A DNA stretch of 44,825 nt from an uncultured bacterium (GTDB lineage Bacteria > Desulfobacterota > Binatia > HRBIN30). The notes below the pieces were generated by a model. It was not told the origin of the DNA, did no database searches, and saw only the letters and a program-made list of their open reading frames with translations. Made by a program: the position numbers and the translations under genes. Where the stretch lies: NCBI GenBank assembly GCA_937975525.1, contig CALJUJ010000119.1, positions 1 through 44,825 on the forward strand. The letters are read 5' to 3'. Below, in pieces: positions 12,231-22,570 of the stretch; the stretch's first letter is position 1, and each line of letters begins with the position of its first letter.

Positions 12231-14114
12231 ATGGCCTCCTCACCAGAAACTGAGCACGACGAAGGGCGCCGTGTCGCTGCGGCGCCGACGCGCGGTGTCG
12301 GAGGCTACCTGCGCCGACGCCTGCTGCTGTGGTCGCTGGGCATCGCGTTGCTGCCGATGCTCTTCCTTGCAGGGCAGGGCTACCACTGCGCTCGATCCGC
12401 GGTGTTGGACGCCGCGACGGCGAGGTTGGCGCAACTCGCGGCCTCTCGCGAGCGTCAGCTCGAACTCTGGTTCAGCGAGCGGATGGCAGATGCCGGGTTC
12501 CTGGCGAACTGTCCGGCTGTGCGCCATCGGTGCACCGATGGTGGGTCGCGAGGTCGCGCGGATCATGGCACGACCGCTCTGCTGGAGCAGTTCGTGGCGA
12601 AATACGGTCTCTACGAGTCGGTCGGGCTCTATGACCTGGAGTGGCGCGAGCTGGCCGGAGCGGGCACCGACGTCCACGGCATCGAGGACTTCGGCCGGTC
12701 GGACATCCAGAAGGCCGTTCGGGCCTCGACCTTTGGGGCCGCCGGGCGCATCCACAGGCATGAGAACGGGCGGCTGGGCATGCACTTCGGTGCTGCGGTG
12801 ATGGGAGAGGATGGTGCCGTCACGGGCTTCGTGCTGACGGCGCTCGACGAGGCGGAGCTCGAACACATCCTGTCGGATGCTGGCGCAGGGCTGTCGAATA
12901 GTCGCTGCTACCTGGTGTCGTCGGAGGGGCGCGTGTTGACCGAGTCCGGCGGCCGTGAGTTCGGTGATGCGCTGGAGACCCGGATCGACACCGTCGGGTT
13001 TCGGCGGGCGAGACTCGGTGAGTCGGGGGCGGCGCTGTACCCCGATGCCAACGGTCGTGAAGTAGTCGGTGGCTTCACGTCACTCCCCCAGATGGACTGG
13101 GTGCTGCTGCTCGAGCAGGACGCGACCGAGGCTTTGGCCTGGCTTCCCGAACTCGGCTGGAGGGCGGGGATCACCGCTCTCGCGGTTGCCGTGATCGTGA
13201 TCCTGATCGTGCGAGTGGGGGCTCGTCAGCTCACCGCTCCGCTGCAGCAGTTGGTTCGCGTCGCGCATCGTGTCGGCGGTGGCGACCACGCTGCCCGCGT
13301 CCTGCCCCTGGCCCAGCCCGAAGTGGATGCGGTAGGTCGGGCGCTCAACCGGATGCTCGACGAGTTGGCCCAGGCTCGGCAGCGGATCGTGCATTCCGAG
13401 ACCTTGGCGGCGATGGGGGAGATGAGCTCGGCCGTGGTCCATGAGATGCGCAACCCGCTGTCATCGATCAAGCTGAACCTCCACGCCATCCGCGCGGGGC
13501 TGCCGGCCGGAAGCAGGCACGTCGAACTCGCCGAGATCGCGCAGGAGCAGGTCGCCCGCCTCGAGCGGATGTTCAGCGACCTGCTGTCCCTGAGTCGGCC
13601 GTTGTCGATGGACTACCGCGTGCATCGACTTCGGGATGTGATCGTCGCGGCTCTCGAGGAGGTCGACAACGAGGCCGGAAAACTTCGCTGCCGTATCCGT
13701 GTTCTGGACGGTCACGAGGCACTCGAGATTCGGATCGACTCGGAGCGGATCCGGCAGGTGCTCGTCAACCTCCTTCAGAATGCGATGGCCGCAACCGGGC
13801 CGAACGGGCAGATCGACGTTGCGGTCTCGCTCGACGCGTCGGCGCGCCTGGTGGTCCTCGAAGTGTCGGATGACGGTCCGGGTTTCCCGGAAGATAACCG
13901 CGAGCGACTGTTCCAGCCCTTCTTCACGTCCCGCGAACAAGGTACGGGGCTCGGACTCGCGATCGTCAGGAAGATCGTCGAGTACCATGGCGGTCGTGTG
14001 AGCGCCGCGAATCGCGTGGATGATCACGGTGCGGTCGCGGGTGCCGTGTTCCGAATCGAGTTACCCCATGAGCCAGAGCCAGCACGACACGCTTCGCATC
14101 CTGATCGTCGATGA
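12231..14114 (+). CDS. Sensor histidine kinase (periplasmic Cache-like sensor, HAMP, HisKA, HATPase)
   Basis: Two TM segments flank a ~270-aa sensor domain. H-box is VVHEMRNPLSSIK; N and G boxes are NLLQNAM, DDGPGF and GTGLGLAIV. Start is ATG 12231 or TTG 12210. Confidence 0.85.
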   Translation: MASSPETEHDEGRRVAAAPTRGVGGYLRRRLLLWSLGIALLPMLFLAGQGYHCARSAVLDAATARLAQLAASRERQLELWFSERMADAGFLANCPAVRHRCTDGGSRGRADHGTTALLEQFVAKYGLYESVGLYDLEWRELAGAGTDVHGIEDFGRSDIQKAVRASTFGAAGRIHRHENGRLGMHFGAAVMGEDGAVTGFVLTALDEAELEHILSDAGAGLSNSRCYLVSSEGRVLTESGGREFGDALETRIDTVGFRRARLGESGAALYPDANGREVVGGFTSLPQMDWVLLLEQDATEALAWLPELGWRAGITALAVAVIVILIVRVGARQLTAPLQQLVRVAHRVGGGDHAARVLPLAQPEVDAVGRALNRMLDELAQARQRIVHSETLAAMGEMSSAVVHEMRNPLSSIKLNLHAIRAGLPAGSRHVELAEIAQEQVARLERMFSDLLSLSRPLSMDYRVHRLRDVIVAALEEVDNEAGKLRCRIRVLDGHEALEIRIDSERIRQVLVNLLQNAMAATGPNGQIDVAVSLDASARLVVLEVSDDGPGFPEDNRERLFQPFFTSREQGTGLGLAIVRKIVEYHGGRVSAANRVDDHGAVAGAVFRIELPHEPEPARHASHPDRR

Positions 14115-15432
14115 CGATGCGGCCATCTGCCGGTCGCTGCAGATCCTCCTGGAAGAACAGGGGCACGCCGTCGCGACGCGTACGAAGGGCGGAGCGGCTA
14201 GCGAGGCGGTGGGCGACTTCGGGCCGGACATCGTCTTTCTCGATCTCCGCCTGCCCGATCGCGATGGGTTGCGGGTCCTGAAGGACCTGATCGATGCCGC
14301 GGAAGCGCCCGAGGTGGTCATGATCACCGGGGTTCAGGACATGAAGTCGATGATCGAGGCGATTCAGATCGGTGCCCTGGACTACGTCCGCAAGCCGCTG
14401 GCGGTGGAGGATGTGCTCGTCGCGATCGAGAAGTGCCGGCAACGACGCCGGCAGCGTCGACCGCTGACGCAGCGGGCGGACCTCGTCCCGATCACGCCCG
14501 GTGCAGAGCACCCGGATGAGATCATCGGGGCAGATCGACGCATCCTGGAGCTCCTGAAGCAGGTTGGGCTGCTGTCCAGGAGCCAGGTCACTGTGCTGAT
14601 CGAAGGCGAGAGCGGCACGGGCAAGGAGCTCGTGGCTCGAGCGATCCACAACGCGTCATCGCCGACCGAGCCGTTCGTGGCGATCAACTGCGCGGCAATC
14701 GTGCCCACGCTCCTCGAGAGTGAGCTGTTCGGGCACGAGAAAGGCGCGTTCACCGGGGCGGATGCCAAGAAGCCCGGCAGGCTCGAGGATGCAGGAAAGG
14801 GCACGGTCTTCCTCGACGAGATCGGCGACATGCCGCTCGAGCTCCAGGCGAAGCTACTGCGGGCTCTGCAGGAGCGAGCGTTCGAGCGGGTCGGGGGCAA
14901 CCGCAGCGTCTGCTTGGAGCGGCGGGTGCGCGCGGGCTGCCAGCGTGGCCTCGCAGGGATGGTGGAGCGGGGTGAGTGCCGGGAAGCCCTGCTGTACCGC
15001 TTGTCGGTGGCGCGGCTCGAGATTCCACCGCTCCGGGAGCGACCTGGAGACATCCGGATCCTGGCCACGCACCTCCTACACCGGATCGGGCGACGTCTGG
15101 AAAGCGAGGTCGCCGCGATCTCGGAGGCGGCTCTGAAGCAGCTCGAGCTGCATTCGTGGCCTGGCAACGTTCGCGAACTGGAGAACGTGCTCACCCGTGC
15201 CGTGGCGCTTGCCCGAGCAGACGTGATCGAGGAGGTGGACATCTCGCCGCCGCGGCCTTCTCCCGAAGCCGTGGCCGAGGGCGGTCAGGTCAAGAAGCTC
15301 TGGGAGGTGGAGCGGGACCACGTCCGCCGTGCATTGGATACAACGGGATGGAACATCACGCGGACGGCGCAACTCCTGGACATCTCGCCGACCACGCTCC
15401 GAAAGAAGATCGTCGACTACGAACTGCGCTGA
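14068..15432 (+). CDS. NtrC-family sigma54-dependent response regulator
   Basis: Receiver LIVDDD...FLDLRLPD. AAA+ domain has GESGTGKE, the GAFTGA loop (EKGAFTGA) and WPGNVRELEN. C-terminal Fis-type HTH is RTAQLLDISPTTLRKKI. Overlaps the kinase end by 47 nt. Confidence 0.9.
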   Translation: MSQSQHDTLRILIVDDDAAICRSLQILLEEQGHAVATRTKGGAASEAVGDFGPDIVFLDLRLPDRDGLRVLKDLIDAAEAPEVVMITGVQDMKSMIEAIQIGALDYVRKPLAVEDVLVAIEKCRQRRRQRRPLTQRADLVPITPGAEHPDEIIGADRRILELLKQVGLLSRSQVTVLIEGESGTGKELVARAIHNASSPTEPFVAINCAAIVPTLLESELFGHEKGAFTGADAKKPGRLEDAGKGTVFLDEIGDMPLELQAKLLRALQERAFERVGGNRSVCLERRVRAGCQRGLAGMVERGECREALLYRLSVARLEIPPLRERPGDIRILATHLLHRIGRRLESEVAAISEAALKQLELHSWPGNVRELENVLTRAVALARADVIEEVDISPPRPSPEAVAEGGQVKKLWEVERDHVRRALDTTGWNITRTAQLLDISPTTLRKKIVDYELR

Positions 15433-15480
15433 GGTCCATCGCGAGCGCGCCGATTGGGCGAACGGCTCGCAGGTGTCGCT

Positions 15481-16029
15481 TCACTCGGTGCTGGCACGCG
15501 ACAGGATGCGTTCGACCATCTGGGCGATGCGCCAGTCGCGCGTTTGACCTGTTGGAACGAACTCCATTGGGCTTGGCCGCTCGCTTCGAGAAGCGGTCCG
15601 GAGCGTGTGGCGGCAGCGGCCCGTCCAGGCTTGCCGTGGACCCCTGTCAAAGAACGTGATGGTCAACGTACCCACCTCCTCGTTCTCGGCAGCGAAGAGG
15701 TCGTAGTCGAAGTCGTTCAGGTGTAGCCGCACGGCAAGGTCCAGGGTCGCAGTGACAAGCACCTCAGCCTCCTCGTGAGTGGATGGCCTGACTCCGAGGC
15801 GCTGCAGGTGGTTGTCGATTGCGCTTCGCGTCTCGGTGAGCAGGCGTTCCTCCGATCCCTCCACGGCCTCTCCTGAGAAGCTCGGCGGGTTGAGCCACGC
15901 GTAGCGCTTGATCGTCCGGAGGTCGAAGTCTGGGCGTCCACTGGTCCGGATCGTCGAGCAACTGCCGAGCAAGGATACTGCGAGTGCTGTAAGCAGCGAT
16001 GCTGCGTGGGCACGCGGGCTAGGTTGCAT
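15481..16029 (-). CDS. DUF4136-like lipoprotein
   Basis: Start at MQPSPRAH..., with lipobox LLGSCST. About 180 aa, last gene of the minus-strand MCO operon. Confidence 0.55.
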   Translation of the reverse strand: MQPSPRAHAASLLTALAVSLLGSCSTIRTSGRPDFDLRTIKRYAWLNPPSFSGEAVEGSEERLLTETRSAIDNHLQRLGVRPSTHEEAEVLVTATLDLAVRLHLNDFDYDLFAAENEEVGTLTITFFDRGPRQAWTGRCRHTLRTASRSERPSPMEFVPTGQTRDWRIAQMVERILSRASTE

Positions 16030-16143
16030 GGGACGGTTCGCATGTGGGCGGTAGGTGAACGCCGCGGCGTCTTCCGCACGGTGTCCGCGCGGCGAGCACG
16101 GGCCGGCGCGGACTCGCCGGTCGACGTGCGGCAATGCCGATCA

Positions 16144-16392
16144 CTACTTCTTCAGCTTCGCGAGGAAGCGCTCCTGGTCCTCCTCGAACTCCTTGACGCA
16201 CGGGCGGCAGCAGAACTTGACCTCCTGGTTGCCGTAGACCTTGACGACGGGGTCACCCATCGAGCCGAGCTTGTTGTCGGTGACGATGCAGAGGTCGCTC
16301 GTGTAGGGGATGACGTCTGCGCTCGGGCCCGAAGCGCAGGCGGCGAACAGGACGAGTGCGAGCAGGGGAGACTTGGAGCGGGTCGTTTTCAT
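16144..16392 (-). CDS. Small lipoprotein with one TRASH-like Cys module
   Basis: Lipobox LFAACAS. C-x23-CC-x2-C pattern (YTSDLCIVTDNKLGSMGDPVVKVYGNQEVKFCCRPCVKEF), the same module as in 18701-19408. Confidence 0.65.
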   Translation of the reverse strand: MKTTRSKSPLLALVLFAACASGPSADVIPYTSDLCIVTDNKLGSMGDPVVKVYGNQEVKFCCRPCVKEFEEDQERFLAKLKK

Positions 16393-16423
16393 GTTGGGTA
16401 TCTTCCTTTGGAGTCGTTGGCAA

Positions 16424-18526
16424 TCAGAAGGTGAAGACCATGCCGAGGCCATAGCCATGGTCTGAGTGATACGAGGTCGAGAAGCCCAGGTTCGGCGTGA
16501 GCGTGTAGTCGATGCCGACGAGCCACTCGAACTGCGTGTTGGTGTCGTATTCGACAGAAGCTCCGACACCGAGCCGGTCGGTGAGCTGCAGGCCCTTGTC
16601 GAGTGTGAGGCGGAAGTCCCCGCGGCTGTCCACGCTGAGGTTCGACATCACGAGGTAGGGAAGTCGATAGCGCACGCCGGCGAACGCTCGGCTCGTCGCG
16701 CCATCGCCGTCGGCATAGCGCCAGCCGAGCTCGGTGGCGAAGTTCCGATCGACGTAGCGGGACCATCCCAGGTCGATCTCGATGTTGTCTTCGTGCCCGC
16801 CGTCCTGGTGGTCGTCACCGAATGCTGATGGCAGCCCGATGTCCCACCGCACGAAGACGTCGTTTCGCCCCTTCATGAGCATTGCCCGGCCCATGGTCAT
16901 GTGGTTCTGCACGGTGGCATCGAAGAACAGGTAGGCCGGTTCCAGGAGCTTCGGATCGACGGTAGGGCGGTAGGCCGGATCCTGCTCGTAGCTGAAGACG
17001 CGGGCCATGCCGGCATCCATGTGGTAGAGCAGGTGGCAGTGGAAGAACCAGTCTCCGCCCTCTTCGTCGGCGATCCACTCGATCGTGCGCTTGCCCATCG
17101 GGGGAACGTCCACGGTGTGCTTGAGCGGCGAGCGTTCGCCTTGACCGTTCAGCACTCGGAAGAAGTGACCGTGCAGGTGCAGGGGATGGTGCATCATCGT
17201 GTCGTTGATCAGCTCGATGCGCAGCACCTCGCCCTTGCGGACACGGATCGTCGAGTTCTCGGCCAGCGTCTCGTTGTCGAAGCCCCACAGATACCGGCGC
17301 ATGTCGCCGGTGAGGCGCATGGTCAGTTCGCGGACTTCTGTGTCGGGGCCGACAATGGTCGTGTCGGAAACGGCGCGCAGCAGGCCGTACGGCGCGAACG
17401 GGCGCTCCGCCGTTGCGGCTTCGAGCGCGCGCTTGGGCATCTGGCTCGCGAGTCCGGCGGCGAGCATTTCGTCCATCACGTATAGGTTGGCGCGCGGCGG
17501 GTCGACCGCCTCGATCAGGGGGCCTTCGCCCAAGAGCATCGACGCGTGCCCGCTGCCATCCTGCGCCGTGGCCCGGATCTCGAGCGTGCATCGATCCGCT
17601 GGCATCGTGACCAGCACGTCATACGTCTCGGCCATGCCGATCAGCAGTCGACGGACTTCGACCGGCTGTACGCGAATGCCGTCGCTGCCGACGATCGTCA
17701 GGTTGCCCTCGCCGGCGCCGACGTGGAAGTAGGTCGAGGCTCCCGCGTTGACGAGGCGCAAGAGCACGCGTTCCCCAGGGCGGGCATCGAGCCGCAGTTC
17801 TCGCTTGCCGTTGGCCAGGAACGCGTCGTAGGCCACGTCCGACAGGTCCATCGCGGGCATGCGGTCTCCCTCACGCTCGAAGTAGTTCGAGACGGCGCCT
17901 CGCCGCCAGGCTCCGAGCAGAGACTGCTGCGTCCCCTTCTTCACGGAATACCACTCGCTGCCGCGCATCAGCCAGCGCATGACCGTGGTCGGATCATCGT
18001 CGGTCCAGTCGGCGAGCACGACGACGTGCTCTCGATCGAACGCCACGTCGGGTTCGTTCGGCTCGATGACGATGGCGCCCTGCACGCCGAGCTGCTCCTG
18101 CAGGCCCGTGTGCGAGTGGTACCAGTAGGTGCCGGACTGCCGAAGCCGGAACTCGAACGTGTGTTCGCCACCGGCGGGGATCGGAGGGGTCGTCAGGTAG
18201 GGGACCCCGTCCATCTCGTTCGGCACGAGCAGTCCGTGCCAGTGGATGGAGGTCTCTTCGGACGGCAGCCGGTTCTTGACGGTGATTCGGGCGAGGTCGC
18301 CCTCACGGAATCGCAGCACCGGCCCAGGAGACGTCCCGTTGACCGTGAGCACGGTCGTCTGTGTCCCCGCCGGCGCACCGGGGGTCGCAGCGATGACGAG
18401 TTCGTAGCGGACGGCGTCATCGCCTTGGATCGCTCCGGGTTTCCGGGCCTGCGCAGCGCATCGATGCGATACAGCGATCGAGATTGCGGCAAGGAGAGGG
18501 AGCAGGCTCCACGCGGGTCGGTTCAT
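16424..18526 (-). CDS. Multicopper oxidase (CopA/PcoA-type) fused to a CopB-like outer-membrane beta-barrel domain
   Basis: Start at MNRPAWSLLPLL. Copper sites are IHWHGL, WYHSH, HPLHLHGH and FHCHLLYHMDAGM. The last ~190 aa have alternating beta-strand character with D/G-rich turns and end in GLGMVFTF (terminal Phe). Confidence 0.85.
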   Translation of the reverse strand: MNRPAWSLLPLLAAISIAVSHRCAAQARKPGAIQGDDAVRYELVIAATPGAPAGTQTTVLTVNGTSPGPVLRFREGDLARITVKNRLPSEETSIHWHGLLVPNEMDGVPYLTTPPIPAGGEHTFEFRLRQSGTYWYHSHTGLQEQLGVQGAIVIEPNEPDVAFDREHVVVLADWTDDDPTTVMRWLMRGSEWYSVKKGTQQSLLGAWRRGAVSNYFEREGDRMPAMDLSDVAYDAFLANGKRELRLDARPGERVLLRLVNAGASTYFHVGAGEGNLTIVGSDGIRVQPVEVRRLLIGMAETYDVLVTMPADRCTLEIRATAQDGSGHASMLLGEGPLIEAVDPPRANLYVMDEMLAAGLASQMPKRALEAATAERPFAPYGLLRAVSDTTIVGPDTEVRELTMRLTGDMRRYLWGFDNETLAENSTIRVRKGEVLRIELINDTMMHHPLHLHGHFFRVLNGQGERSPLKHTVDVPPMGKRTIEWIADEEGGDWFFHCHLLYHMDAGMARVFSYEQDPAYRPTVDPKLLEPAYLFFDATVQNHMTMGRAMLMKGRNDVFVRWDIGLPSAFGDDHQDGGHEDNIEIDLGWSRYVDRNFATELGWRYADGDGATSRAFAGVRYRLPYLVMSNLSVDSRGDFRLTLDKGLQLTDRLGVGASVEYDTNTQFEWLVGIDYTLTPNLGFSTSYHSDHGYGLGMVFTF

Positions 18527-18700
18527 CTGGGTGTCGTTGCACGCTCGTTCCGTCGCGAGTCGTCGTCGTGACGGCTCGTCACTGCGACAGAAACTACCCG
18601 CGGACCGTGGCGAAGGCGCCAGCGAGATCGGGCGGATGATCTTGGGCATGTCCGAGGATCGGTTCCGGGTACGTCCAGCGACCGGTCCTCGAGCAGGTGG

Positions 18701-19408
18701 CTACTCCTTCTTGCCGTCCCGAGGCTCTTCCGGTGACTTGTCGGCCGCCGCCTTGTCGATGGTCGCAAGGAACGCGGCAGGTGTCTTCTCGAGCTTCTTC
18801 GTGCAGCTTGCACAGCAGAGGCGGATCAGGCGGCCGGCGACGACCACATCCTTGGCCTTGCCCATGCTTCCGAGCGGCTCGTCGCTCACCACGCACTTCT
18901 TCAGCGGGTAGTCCTTGCCCTGAGCGGCTTTCACGGCGTCGTCCAGCAGCTTCAGGTACTTCTCGGGCGCCTTCAGGATCGTGGCCTTCTCCTTCGCCGT
19001 GGCCACCAGGATGAGGCGGTTCCCGAGGACCATGCTGACCGGCTTCTCTGGCAGCTTCTCCCCCGAGACCACCGACTTCGTCAGCGGGTAGATGGGGCGC
19101 TGATCGGCGAGGATCTTCTGGTCGAGCTTGGCGAAGCTGGCGTCGAGGTCCTTCTCGAACTTGCCGGTGCAGCCACCACAGCAGAAGCGCACCTCGCGAC
19201 CGTCGTAGACCTTCACCTCGGGGTCGCCCATGGCTCCGAGCTTCTTGCCGGACACGGGGCACGTCTCGAACGGGTAGGGGTCACCAGTTCTCGCAACCTT
19301 GGCGGCCGGATTCTGGTGGCCATGGTGGTCACCGTGCTGGGCGGCCATCGGTACGCAGAGCAGTGCGGTCGCGGCTGCGGTGAGGAAGGCAGAGGGGATC
19401 AACGACAT
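18701..19408 (-). CDS. Secreted protein with three tandem TRASH-like modules (the middle one Cys-less) and an N-terminal His-rich stretch
   Basis: Signal peptide, then HGDHHGHQ. Repeats are YPFETCPVSGKKLGAMG...FCCGGCTGKF, YPLTKSVVSGEKL... (no Cys) and YPLKKCVVSDEPLGSMG...LCCASCTKKL. Confidence 0.7.
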   Translation of the reverse strand: MSLIPSAFLTAAATALLCVPMAAQHGDHHGHQNPAAKVARTGDPYPFETCPVSGKKLGAMGDPEVKVYDGREVRFCCGGCTGKFEKDLDASFAKLDQKILADQRPIYPLTKSVVSGEKLPEKPVSMVLGNRLILVATAKEKATILKAPEKYLKLLDDAVKAAQGKDYPLKKCVVSDEPLGSMGKAKDVVVAGRLIRLCCASCTKKLEKTPAAFLATIDKAAADKSPEEPRDGKKE

Positions 19409-19531
19409 TCTGGTGTCCTCCTTGGATCGGACTGGAACGCTCGGGTCGGGCCCAGCACCGGAGTGGAGTTGGGCTGACGCGGATGCGGCGGGCTCCCCTC
19501 TCGTGAGGGGCAGGTGCCGGGCATCGGATCA

Positions 19532-19546
19532 GCAAGGCCCGTGCCG
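19532..19546 (-). promoter_or_regulatory. sigma54 -24/-12 promoter (CGGCAC-GGGCC-TTGC) for the TRASH/MCO operon
   Basis: The reverse complement of 19532-19546 is CGGCACGGGCCTTGC, about 125 nt upstream of the ATG at 19408. Confidence 0.55.
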
Positions 19547-19633
19547 GGGGCTGCCAGGCGGCGGCGGGACCTTGGCTGGATATGGCGAGCCGTAGGTCAC
19601 GGCGAGCGGCTACGGTCGTAGGTCAATAGAGTC

Positions 19634-20188
19634 ATGCCCGATTCCGCAGATCGTCAACGCCTCTCGATCCTGCTCGCCAGCCGTAGCCAGTTTCTGGCGT
19701 TCGTCGAGCGGCGGATCGGCTCTCGCGAGGAGGCAGAGGAGGTCCTGCAGGACGCGTTCGCGAGCAGCGTCGAGCACGTCGAAGGCGTGCGCGACGAGGA
19801 CAGCATCGTGGCCTGGTTCTACCGGGTGCTCCGGAATGCCATCGTGGATTGGCATCGCCGGCGGGCGCGGGAGCTCCCCGGCCTCGAGGGCGACTCCGAC
19901 CTCTTGCAGGCGCCTCCGGATACCGCCCTACAGCGTGACCTCTGCGTCTGCATCGAGGGGTTGCTGCCGCTCATCCATCCGGACTATGCAGAGCTGGTCC
20001 GCCTCGTAGACCTGGAGGGCCGGTCCGTCGGGGCGGTCGCCAAGGATCGCGGCGTCAGTGCGGGGAGTGCCCGCGTTCGCCTGCACCGCGCTCGGGCGGC
20101 CCTGCGCCGGGAGGTGCAGCTCACCTGTCGCACCTGCGCCGAACACGGCTGTCTCGACTGTACTTGCGCGAGGCCGTCTGGGGCCTGA
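19634..20188 (+). CDS. ECF sigma factor with C-terminal Cys-rich domain (CorE-like)
   Basis: Sigma2 region (VLQDAFASSVEH...WFYRVLRNAIVDWHRRR) and sigma4 region (YAELVRLVDLEGRSVGAVAKDRGVSAGSARVRLHRAR). Tail is QLTCRTCAEHGCLDCTC, plus CVC in the linker. No anti-sigma gene is adjacent. Confidence 0.8.
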   Translation: MPDSADRQRLSILLASRSQFLAFVERRIGSREEAEEVLQDAFASSVEHVEGVRDEDSIVAWFYRVLRNAIVDWHRRRARELPGLEGDSDLLQAPPDTALQRDLCVCIEGLLPLIHPDYAELVRLVDLEGRSVGAVAKDRGVSAGSARVRLHRARAALRREVQLTCRTCAEHGCLDCTCARPSGA

Positions 20189-20247
20189 CGGGGCGTCGTC
20201 TGGCGCGGTAGGTGTAACGTCCGCCCGGTCCGCTCGTCAGCGTAGGC

Positions 20248-22533
<2,286 letters not shown>

Positions 22534-22570
22534 TTCTGTGAGCCGGCGGCGACCGAGCGGGTAGTGCCGC

